A program made the position numbers and the translations under genes. The notes under the pieces are model-generated. The model saw only the letters and a program-made list of their open reading frames with translations. It was not told the DNA's origin and searched no databases. A stretch of DNA of 64,000 bases. Origin: Bacteroidales bacterium. GTDB lineage: Bacteria > Bacteroidota > Bacteroidia > Bacteroidales > P3. Positions 9,885 to 17,632 of this stretch are shown in pieces; positions within the stretch are counted from its first letter, which is position 1; every line of letters starts with the position of its first letter. The DNA lies in NCBI GenBank assembly GCA_017645585.1, contig JAGCOF010000007.1:49-64048 (forward strand), read 5' to 3'.

Positions 9885-10745
9885 ATGAGGAAATACCTCT
9901 CCATAGCACTGCTGCTGACGCTAACGGTCTGTTCCTGGGCACAACAATCGCCCGACGAATTCTATCCTCACCGACTAACCGGTCGTCAAGAACCCATGCC
10001 CTACCCTTTTCTGCGTGAGAGCGATGTGGCATGGAGCACCATGCTGTGGAAAACAATTGACCTCAACGAGCTGTTCAACCAATTCTTCTATTACCCAATA
10101 GAGAACCCCGACCGCTCCGGCAAGAAAAGCCTCGCCTACGTCCTCTGGGATGCCGTTGTCGACGGCAGCCTACCCATTTATGAGGACGATGCCCTGACGG
10201 TCCCCATCGACAACGAACTCTTTGTGCGTCAATACACACGTCCCGACACCATACAGCTTGAAATTGGCTACGACGAGGACGACAACGAACTCTATCAGAC
10301 CGTGATACGCCCTCGCGAATTCGACGGCGCCGAGATACTGCAGTTTGCCCTCCGCGAGGCTTGGTTCATCGGCAAACAGGACACCCGCCAGGATTCCCGC
10401 CGATTGGCGTTGGCACCGCTGAAGCAGTCCTACCACAAATTCGCCAATACCGAGGAAGAGATCTACCTTGGTCTGCTGCCCATTTTCTGGGTACCCATGC
10501 AGCACCCTGAGGTGCGTCGCCTGTTAGCCCAAAACACCGCCTACACCGACATGAACAACCTCGTAGGGCAGCCTTCGTGGGACTATGTCTTCGTCTATCA
10601 ACGTTACAATGCCTACATCACCAAGGAGAGCAACCGCTACACACGCAGCATCAGCCAATACCTTACCGGCGAAGACGCTCTCCTCGAGAGCGAACGTATC
10701 GAAGACAAGGTCTTTGATATAGAGAACGATATGTGGGAATACTAA
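9885..10745 (+). CDS. Second GldN/PorN paralog (GldO-like tandem duplicate)
   Basis: 286 aa, homologous to the preceding gene along its full length (MPYPFLRESDVAW, FNQFFYYPIEN). The last 15 residues match at 14/15 (IEDKVFDIENDMWEY). Confidence 0.85.
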   Translation: MRKYLSIALLLTLTVCSWAQQSPDEFYPHRLTGRQEPMPYPFLRESDVAWSTMLWKTIDLNELFNQFFYYPIENPDRSGKKSLAYVLWDAVVDGSLPIYEDDALTVPIDNELFVRQYTRPDTIQLEIGYDEDDNELYQTVIRPREFDGAEILQFALREAWFIGKQDTRQDSRRLALAPLKQSYHKFANTEEEIYLGLLPIFWVPMQHPEVRRLLAQNTAYTDMNNLVGQPSWDYVFVYQRYNAYITKESNRYTRSISQYLTGEDALLESERIEDKVFDIENDMWEY

Positions 10746-11746
10746 TCCTTGGCACTTGCATATTTGCGCCAACGTTCCAGCAGACAAGACATATCTTCCG
10801 GAATCGGACTTTCAAAATGCAAATGTTTGCGGGTACGTGGGTGCTCAAATCCCAGCACACGTGCATGCAATGCCTGTCGGGGACAGACAGCAAAGCAATT
10901 CTCTATAAACTGACGGTAGCGCGAGAACGTGGTGCCCTTCAGGATGGCATCGCCACCATATAAGGCATCGCTGAACAGCGGATGCCCGATGTGGCGCATG
11001 TGGGCGCGTATCTGATGCGTGCGGCCCGTTTCCAACACACATTCCACCAACGTGACGTATCCGAAACGCTCCAGCACCTTCCAATGCGTGACGGCATGCT
11101 TTCCATGCTCCTCGTCACACACAGCCATCATACGCCTCTCTCTCGGCGAACGGGCCAAGTTGCCCACAATTGTTCCCTCGTCCTCATCAAAGTCACCCCA
11201 CACCAAAGCATTGTATTTTCGCTCGATAGTATGCTCGAAGAACTGCTTGGCCAACACCACCTGCGCCTCCTCGTTCTTGGCCACCAGCAGCAGCCCCGAG
11301 GTGTCTTTGTCTATACGGTGCACCAGATAGGGTACCGCCTTGTCGCCAAAGTAATACAGCAAACCGTTCATCAGCGTACCCGTCCAATTGCCCACACCCG
11401 GGTGCACCACCAGGCCCGCGGGCTTGTCCACCACCAGCACATCCTCATCCTCATAGACAATGGGGAAGTCCACCTTCTCGGGCAACATCTCAAACTCATG
11501 CGGCGGCTCGGGCAGCAGCACGGTGATGACGTCCAGCGGCTTCACCTTGTAGCTCGACTTGGCCTCCTTGTCGTTGACCCTCACACAGCCCGCCTTGGCG
11601 GCAGCCTGCACCTTGGTGCGCGAGACACCCGTCAGGCGCATCTGCAGGTATAAATCAAGCCTGATCAACGTCTGCCCACGGTCCACCGTGAAACGATGGT
11701 GCTCATAGAGCTCTTGCTGTTCAAGGTCCAACTCTTCGTCGTTCAT
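10742..11746 (-). CDS. rluD: RluA/RluD-family 23S rRNA pseudouridine synthase
   Basis: S4 domain plus HRIDKDTSGLLLVAK catalytic motif. I use the internal ATG at 11746 (MNDEELD...), because the track ORF extends upstream into the neighbouring gene. Confidence 0.85.
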   Translation of the reverse strand: MNDEELDLEQQELYEHHRFTVDRGQTLIRLDLYLQMRLTGVSRTKVQAAAKAGCVRVNDKEAKSSYKVKPLDVITVLLPEPPHEFEMLPEKVDFPIVYEDEDVLVVDKPAGLVVHPGVGNWTGTLMNGLLYYFGDKAVPYLVHRIDKDTSGLLLVAKNEEAQVVLAKQFFEHTIERKYNALVWGDFDEDEGTIVGNLARSPRERRMMAVCDEEHGKHAVTHWKVLERFGYVTLVECVLETGRTHQIRAHMRHIGHPLFSDALYGGDAILKGTTFSRYRQFIENCFAVCPRQALHARVLGFEHPRTRKHLHFESPIPEDMSCLLERWRKYASAKD

Positions 11747-11748
11747 GC

Positions 11749-13611
11749 TCAGTGTTTGATAATCAGTTTGGAGCAATACTGCTGTCCTTCGGGTGAGATA
11801 ATCCTGACGAGATAGAGACCTTCCGGGCAGTGGCCGATATCCATCACTGTCTGACGGCTCACAGCCACCCTCCGGCCTTGCAGGTCGTAGAGCTCCATCA
11901 CAGCCACCTCGCCACTGACCCTGACCGTTTCCGAAGCAGGGTTGGGATAGATATTCCATACTGCGGCCTCTGCCTGTTCCGTGATACCTACCGCAGCGGC
12001 AGCTCCGAAGCAGGGCCTTATCATCAGCGATCCGCTGAGGAAACTCTGGCGCCATGCACTGTCGGCGAAGTAATAGATACGGTTCGAGGTGTTCAGGCTC
12101 CGGTCGAAGCCCAGATTGATAAAGTCGTTACCCACCTGCTCGAAGCCCACAAACAGACCTCCCGAGACCACCGTAGGAGCTTCCAGCACATAACGGTCAT
12201 AGCCGCCCGTCGTGGCCCTGCGGCGGTTCTGGTCGCGGTAGAGCACCTGCGAGGGCTTCCCGTCCGCACCCACACTCCACAGCGTCAGGTAGAACGGTAT
12301 GGCCGCATTGGCATCGTTCAGCGTCGAGTTGAAATACAGGTCCACCGCCGTCAGCGTGTCCTCCACATTCAAGTCGAAGCGGTAGGCTATCCATATTGCG
12401 GAATTGGTGGAAGTCAAGCTGTAGCCGTTCTCGGCGGTGCCGTCGTCAAAGGCATAGTAGTCGGCAAATTCCTGGCGGTAGCGCACCGTATCGTTCTGTC
12501 CGTAGGCATCGCCACCGGCACCCTCGCGCACCGTGTGCACAATGGTGAAGGTCTCGGGCGCCGTCAGCAGCGGGAAGCAATAGCTGATTGGCGGCGTGGC
12601 ATGGGCCGACGATGTCTGGTAGGTTTCGTCGAGCATGAATGGCGGTGCGTTCTCGTAGCCGCCATCATACAGGTAAAGCTCATTGCCATTGCTGTCCTGC
12701 ACAGAATAGGCATAGCGCGACGCCAGCTGAGACGAGTAGCGGTTGGTAATCTTCACTTCGGTGGAAGTGGCCATGTCCGCCACCGTAAACTGTCGGTAAG
12801 GCATCGCTCGGTATTCCCGCAGGAACGACTGTGCCGGCGCAGCAAACGCCACATCGCGCACTGCCGGTTCCACCGCCACCGTGCGCCCACCGTCAATCAT
12901 CAGATAGTCGATGTGCCAATAGTCACAGTTGGCCGCCTTGCCGGCCTTGGGCGTCGCCTCCAGGCTGGCATAGTTGCGGAAACGGAAACGGAACGTGCTG
13001 TCGAAATAGGCGCTGTCCTCAATGGCCACCGCCACATACTGCCACCCGTGGCCCGTGCGTGCCATCAGCGTATCCACACTGATGCCTTTGGCATACCACA
13101 CCATGTGCCACTCGCTGTCGGCAGGGCTGTAGAACTCAAGGAAAAGCGTATCCTGGCTGTCGGGAGCATATCCCATTCGCTCCCACATGTTGCCGTAGCC
13201 ACCTCCGGGCAGATAGTAGAAACTCAGCACCACCGAATCCGCCGGCGTCAGGCTGTCGAGCCGCAGGGGCTGCGATGTCGCCGTATCGGCCGGGAAAAGA
13301 CTTGTCGTGGCCTGCTCATACAGTTTGCCCGATGCATCCAAGGCGTCAAGCGTCAGCGTGCCCACCGTGGGCGCCAACGGGCTCACATTGGGCATCACCT
13401 GTGCCCCACCCTCCTGCTGCCACAGCATGGGGTTGAGGCTGCCGGCGGCAAAGTCATCGAAGAACGGTAGGCTCAAGGCCGCAGGCTGCGTCTTGGGGGC
13501 GGCAACGCGCTTCACCGGCATCCACTGCAGCGGCGACAGCACCTCCTGGGCCGTCGCCGAAAGCGACAGCAGCACCGCCAGCAGTATGACCGTCCGCTTT
13601 ACCATGACCAT
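11749..13611 (-). CDS. Secreted protein with T9SS type-A C-terminal sorting domain
   Basis: Signal peptide MVMVKRTVILLAVLLSLSATAQE. The C-terminus (IYPNPASETVRV...GLYLVRIISPEGQQYCSKLIIKH) matches the Por secretion tail pattern. Confidence 0.75.
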   Translation of the reverse strand: MVMVKRTVILLAVLLSLSATAQEVLSPLQWMPVKRVAAPKTQPAALSLPFFDDFAAGSLNPMLWQQEGGAQVMPNVSPLAPTVGTLTLDALDASGKLYEQATTSLFPADTATSQPLRLDSLTPADSVVLSFYYLPGGGYGNMWERMGYAPDSQDTLFLEFYSPADSEWHMVWYAKGISVDTLMARTGHGWQYVAVAIEDSAYFDSTFRFRFRNYASLEATPKAGKAANCDYWHIDYLMIDGGRTVAVEPAVRDVAFAAPAQSFLREYRAMPYRQFTVADMATSTEVKITNRYSSQLASRYAYSVQDSNGNELYLYDGGYENAPPFMLDETYQTSSAHATPPISYCFPLLTAPETFTIVHTVREGAGGDAYGQNDTVRYRQEFADYYAFDDGTAENGYSLTSTNSAIWIAYRFDLNVEDTLTAVDLYFNSTLNDANAAIPFYLTLWSVGADGKPSQVLYRDQNRRRATTGGYDRYVLEAPTVVSGGLFVGFEQVGNDFINLGFDRSLNTSNRIYYFADSAWRQSFLSGSLMIRPCFGAAAAVGITEQAEAAVWNIYPNPASETVRVSGEVAVMELYDLQGRRVAVSRQTVMDIGHCPEGLYLVRIISPEGQQYCSKLIIKH

Positions 13612-14504
13612 TCCTCGTTGTCCTCAATCTCTTCGGGTGTGGGGCGCCCGTCGTCAATGAAGTTGGGGTCCTCTATCTTGCTCGAGTCCACCTTGAACTC
13701 GCGCACCATGCGTTCCACATCCGTAGCGTCGGCATCGATAAACCACAGGTCCACCGCAGTGCCGTAGGGGTATTTCGACACACCCGTGTAGTCGGGCTCC
13801 TGACGGAACACCACAGCCGTCTGGCGATGCTTCACGCCGCTGTAGTGCTCACGACCCACGTTGAGCGAGGCCGACAGGATGTCGCGCCGGGCCTTGTCGG
13901 CCGTCTTGCCTATGGTGAAGGGCACCACGCTGCGGCCCGAGCCGTCGCCCAAGCCCACCACCAGGTCGACCACCGAGCCGCGCGCAATCTGCTGGCCCGC
14001 ATAAATGGTCTTGCCCTTGCAGGTCTGGTCAATCACATTGTTCTTGTAGGGGTCTTCCACAAACTTCAGCTTGCCCACCACGAGGCCCTCGGCATACAGC
14101 TCGTTCACTGCCTGGCGCACCGTGAGGCCTGCCAACTCGGGCAGCACGGCATCCTCGGGGGTGTAGGCCGTCATGGTGATATAGAGCTTGCGCCCTTTCT
14201 TCACCATCGTGCCGGCCTTGGGGTCCTGGGTCAGTATGATGCCACCCTCCTCGCCCGGGCGGAAGATGGAGTCCATCACCACCACGTCGAGCTCTATCGA
14301 GTTTTCGTCCTGCAGTTCGGCAATGTTGCGTCCCACCACGTCGGGCAGCTCATATTCTTCTCCCTGGCGCGCATAGATGCGGATGAAGAAAAACACCAGC
14401 ATCAGCACCACCAGCGACACACCCAGCATAATCAGCAGGTGCAGCGCCCACGGGAAACGTTTGAAGAAAGGTTCTTTATTCATAGTTCTTAACTCTTGAT
14501 TCAT
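13599..14504 (-). CDS. PASTA domain-containing membrane protein
   Basis: N-terminal TM helix followed by repeated PASTA-like units (LPDVVG..., LPELAGLTVRQA...). Synteny with rluD is as in other Bacteroidales. An alternative start lies at 14483. Confidence 0.7.
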   Translation of the reverse strand: MNQELRTMNKEPFFKRFPWALHLLIMLGVSLVVLMLVFFFIRIYARQGEEYELPDVVGRNIAELQDENSIELDVVVMDSIFRPGEEGGIILTQDPKAGTMVKKGRKLYITMTAYTPEDAVLPELAGLTVRQAVNELYAEGLVVGKLKFVEDPYKNNVIDQTCKGKTIYAGQQIARGSVVDLVVGLGDGSGRSVVPFTIGKTADKARRDILSASLNVGREHYSGVKHRQTAVVFRQEPDYTGVSKYPYGTAVDLWFIDADATDVERMVREFKVDSSKIEDPNFIDDGRPTPEEIEDNEEWSW

Positions 14505-14507
14505 AAC

Positions 14508-15830
14508 TCAAACCAACTCGCCCAGCAGCGTGGCGGCGGTGCAATCGGTCACACGCACACGGCGGTAGGTGCCCGCGACGGCATCCTTGCGGTCGAACAC
14601 CAGCACCTTGTTCTGGCTGTTGCGGCCAAACAGGCGCTCCTTCGAGCGGTGGCTCTCGCCCTCCACCAGCACCTCATACTCGCGCCCCACCTCCTGCCGG
14701 TTGTTCTCCAGGGCTATCTGGCCCTGCAGGGCGATAATCTCGTTCAGTCGGCGCGTCTTCTCGGCGTCGTCGATGTCGTCGGCCAGGTGGCGCCAGGCAT
14801 AGGTGCCCTCGCGCAGCGAATACTTGAACATATAGGCGTAGTCGTAGCGCACCGTCCTGAACAGCTCGAGCGTGGCCTGGTGGTCCTCCTCGGTCTCGGT
14901 GCTGAAGCCGGCAATCACATCGGTCGTGATGGAGCAGTCGGGCAGGTAGCGACGGATGGCCGCCACACGGTCAAGATACCACTCCACCGTATACTTGCGG
15001 TTCATCAGCTTCAGCATCCTGTCGCTGCCACTCTGCACAGGCAGGTGTATGCAACGGCAGATATTCGGGTGCGACGCCATCACCTGCAGCAGCTCGTCGC
15101 TCAGGTCCTTGGGGTGCGACGTGGCAAAGCGCACACGCAGCAGCGGCGAGATGGAGGCCACCCTGTCCATCAGTTCGGGGAAGCCCACCGTCGACCCACC
15201 GTCCACCGTCCAGCGGTAGCTGTTCACATTCTGTCCCAGCAACGTCACCTCGCGGTAGCCCTGCTCGAAGAGCGTGCGGGCCTCGTCCACGATGGTTTGC
15301 GGGTCGCGGCTGCGCTCGCGGCCACGTGTGTAGGGCACCACACAATAGGCGCAGTAGTTCTGGCAGCCACGCATGATGCTGATATAGGCCGTGATGCCGT
15401 TGCTTCCGAGGCGCACCGGCTCGATGTCGGCATAGGTCTCGGTGGTGCTCAGCTCCACCTCGGCAGCCTTCTGTCCCTCGCGCACTTGGCGCAGCAGGTC
15501 GGGCAGCCGGCGGTAGGCGTCGGGGCCGCAGACAAACGACAGGTTGTCCTCCTCGGCCATCAGCCGGTCTTGCAGGCGCTCGGCCATGCAACCCAGTATG
15601 CCCACCCGCAGGTGTGCACGGCGGTTCTGGAGAGCCCTCAGCTCGCGCACACGGTGGCGCACACGCTGCTCGGCATTGTCGCGTATGGCGCAGGTGTTGA
15701 TCAAGACAAAATCGGCCTCCTCAATCGTCTCCGTGAGGCCGTAGCCGGCCACCGCGAGGATGGAACCCACCACCTCGCTGTCGGCAAAATTCATCTGACA
15801 ACCATACGTTTCTATGTATATCTTCTCCAT
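14508..15830 (-). CDS. miaB: tRNA-2-methylthio-N6-dimethylallyladenosine synthase
   Basis: MEKIYIETYGCQMNFADSE N-terminus, radical-SAM CQNYCAYC motif, TRAM C-terminus. The track's 790-aa ORF is an artefactual upstream extension. Confidence 0.9.
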   Translation of the reverse strand: MEKIYIETYGCQMNFADSEVVGSILAVAGYGLTETIEEADFVLINTCAIRDNAEQRVRHRVRELRALQNRRAHLRVGILGCMAERLQDRLMAEEDNLSFVCGPDAYRRLPDLLRQVREGQKAAEVELSTTETYADIEPVRLGSNGITAYISIMRGCQNYCAYCVVPYTRGRERSRDPQTIVDEARTLFEQGYREVTLLGQNVNSYRWTVDGGSTVGFPELMDRVASISPLLRVRFATSHPKDLSDELLQVMASHPNICRCIHLPVQSGSDRMLKLMNRKYTVEWYLDRVAAIRRYLPDCSITTDVIAGFSTETEEDHQATLELFRTVRYDYAYMFKYSLREGTYAWRHLADDIDDAEKTRRLNEIIALQGQIALENNRQEVGREYEVLVEGESHRSKERLFGRNSQNKVLVFDRKDAVAGTYRRVRVTDCTAATLLGELV

Positions 15831-15851
15831 CGGACAATCTGAAACAAATTG

Positions 15852-15859
15852 CAAAAATA
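15852..15859 (-). promoter_or_regulatory. -7 box TATTTTTG upstream of miaB
   Basis: Reverse complement of caaaaata, 21 nt before ATG 15830. Confidence 0.55.
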
Positions 15860-15890
15860 CGAAAATTTTCGCAACCTTGAAATTTTTTCG

Positions 15891-15898
15891 TACTTTTG
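15891..15898 (+). promoter_or_regulatory. -7 box TACTTTTG upstream of the DUF5103 gene
   Basis: Ends 4 nt before ATG 15903 (leaderless-type geometry). Confidence 0.55.
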
Positions 15899-15902
15899 CA
15901 CC

Positions 15903-17159
15903 ATGAAACGACTCCTGCCGACCCTCCTGGTGCTGCTCTGCTGCGCGCTGCCCCTCCGGGCGCAAAGCCTCTGCGACACCGCCCTGCGCAGCGATGTGAA
16001 GAGCGTGCAGCTCTATGTCGAAGGCTCCGAACTCGACTTCCCCGTGCTCACCACCGGCAGCAACCGCCGTCTGGTGCTCGAGTTCGACATCCTGCGCCCC
16101 GAGCCCGAGTCGCTCAGCTGGCACCTGTTGCATTGCGACCGCCAATGGCAGCCCGACGACCTCGACCCCATCGAGTTCATCAACGGCTTTGCCGAAGGCA
16201 CCGTCGACAACTACGACTTCTCCTTCACCACCCTCACCGACTACGTGCACTACAGCACCACCCTCCCCACCGCCTACGCCGAGTTCATCCACTCGGGCAA
16301 CTACCTCGTCGAGGTCACGGCCGACGGGCAGCCCCTGCTGCGCCGCCGCTTCTGCGTCAGCGAGCAGACCCTCAAGGTGGAGGCCACCGTCACACGCCCC
16401 TACGACGGCATCGACATCGACCGCCGCCAGGAGGTCGACGTGGTGCTGCAGGAAGGACAGCAACAGCCCTTCTCGGTGCAGCTGCGACCGGAATACCTGC
16501 ATGTCACGGTGCAGCAGAACGGACGCCTCGACAACCTCAGCCAACTCGTCTTCAGCGGCTACGACGGGCAGGGCCTCGCCTACCGCTACCGCCAAGAGAA
16601 CATCTTCCACGGCGGCAACAACTTCCGCTACTTCGACTGCAGCAACCTCCACACACCCATGTACAACATCGTCCGCGTCGAGGAATACGGCGGCGAGACC
16701 TTCGCCATCCTGCGACCCGAGGAGGACCGCTCGGCCAAGCACTACATAGCCGCCACCACCCTCAACGGCGGCATGAAAGTCAACATCTGGGACCGCAACA
16801 ACCCGCGCCTCGAGGCCGACTACGTGTGGGTCAACTTCAGCCTCCCCATGGCGCAGCCACTGCTCGACGGCAGCGTGCACATCGTCGGAGCCCTCACCGA
16901 TTGGCGGCTCGACAGCCTCAGCCAGATGGAATACAACCCGCAGTACCGCGCCTACACCAAGCGCCTACTGCTCAAACAGGGCTACTACGCCTACCAGCTG
17001 CTGGTGCGCAGCCCTGCACGGCGCGGCGCCTCAGCCACCGCCCGACTCGAGGGCGACCACCGCGAGGCCCCCAACCGCTCCACCGTCTTCGTCTACCACC
17101 GCAGCCCCGCCGACCGCGCCGACCGCCTCATCGCCGTCCGTCGCCTGGCCAATCAATAG
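15903..17159 (+). CDS. DUF5103 family protein (T9SS plug-protein-like)
   Basis: Signal peptide MKRLLPTLLVLLCCALPLRAQ, about 418 aa. The pattern VKSVQLYV...FPVL...LVLEFDIL...HCDRQWQP...L...EF resembles DUF5103/T9SS plug N-terminal domains, from memory and not verified. Confidence 0.55.
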   Translation: MKRLLPTLLVLLCCALPLRAQSLCDTALRSDVKSVQLYVEGSELDFPVLTTGSNRRLVLEFDILRPEPESLSWHLLHCDRQWQPDDLDPIEFINGFAEGTVDNYDFSFTTLTDYVHYSTTLPTAYAEFIHSGNYLVEVTADGQPLLRRRFCVSEQTLKVEATVTRPYDGIDIDRRQEVDVVLQEGQQQPFSVQLRPEYLHVTVQQNGRLDNLSQLVFSGYDGQGLAYRYRQENIFHGGNNFRYFDCSNLHTPMYNIVRVEEYGGETFAILRPEEDRSAKHYIAATTLNGGMKVNIWDRNNPRLEADYVWVNFSLPMAQPLLDGSVHIVGALTDWRLDSLSQMEYNPQYRAYTKRLLLKQGYYAYQLLVRSPARRGASATARLEGDHREAPNRSTVFVYHRSPADRADRLIAVRRLANQ

Positions 17160-17178
17160 CGGATGGTCGGTAACCATC

Positions 17179-17482
17179 AATTTATGTCGTGCACGACCTA
17201 TCCGTATCTACACCGTAGATACACCGTATTTTGTCCGACTGCAGTCGGACTTGAGTCGGAGTTGACTCGGACTTGAGTCGGACCACAGTCGGAGGAGGTC
17301 CGTAGTGATATGGATGGCAAAATGATATTTAATTAGCTTATAATATGGTTATTAGCACGCCAAATCTCTGCCTTTGCCTGTTTTTGTCCGACCCGTAGGG
17401 GCAAATCATGATTTGCCCCCACCAATGAGCCATGAAAAAATGGAGACAAAAAAGCAATTTATATCGTGCACGACCTATTTTT
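17179..17482 (+). repeat. Intergenic repeat element, copy A (MITE/REP-like, ~304 bp)
   Basis: Bounded by palindrome-core motifs at 17179-17201 and 17456-17482. Contains CACCGT repeats, an 11-bp array and a 22-bp perfect palindrome. Homologous to copy B in reverse orientation. Confidence 0.75.
17233..17295 (+). repeat. 11-bp-periodic array (GTCCGACTGCAGTCGGAC TTGAGTCGGAG TTGACTCGGAC TTGAGTCGGAC CACAGTCGGAGG)
   Basis: Five to six tandem units containing (A/G)(G/C)TCGGA(C/G). The first 18 nt are a perfect palindrome. Confidence 0.75.
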
Positions 17483-17573
17483 CCTCCCGCCTGCGGCGTA
17501 ATCTATAAATCCTTTTTTGGGATGAATGGATTACACGTAGCGGGATATTTTTTGCCATATCGAAAAATGTTTG

Positions 17574-17581
17574 TATCTTTG
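17574..17581 (+). promoter_or_regulatory. -7 box TATCTTTG upstream of the LRR gene
   Basis: TAnnTTTG match with a TTTG at about 17550-17553. ATG at 17633. Confidence 0.55.
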
Positions 17582-17632
17582 CAGTCGAAAATCATTGAAC
17601 AAGAAATTTAACAAAAACAAAATGATAGTGAT

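Noticed and set aside
14508-16880. A 790-aa track ORF, suggesting a very large MiaB-containing protein. Similar N-terminal extensions appear in the track for rluD (to 12055), hutI (to 35601), ackA (to 46299), the Sel1 gene (to 53499), menG (to 54346) and thrS (to 51303).
   Set aside because: The extensions overlap neighbouring genes or promoter boxes and have no family similarity. In each case an internal ATG gives the canonical family N-terminus, preceded by a TAnnTTTG box or a tight operon junction.
17184-17276. Small ORFs crossing the palindromic motif. Examples are MSCTTYPYLHRRYTVFCPTAVGLESELTRT from ATG 17184 and a 27-codon ORF from ATG 17427 reading ...QFISCTTYFSS.... The motif also reads ...FISCTTYF... 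at the window start.
   Set aside because: The shared peptide simply reflects the shared DNA motif. The ORFs differ in length and context, lack promoter or start-site support, and copy B does not conserve an equivalent ORF.
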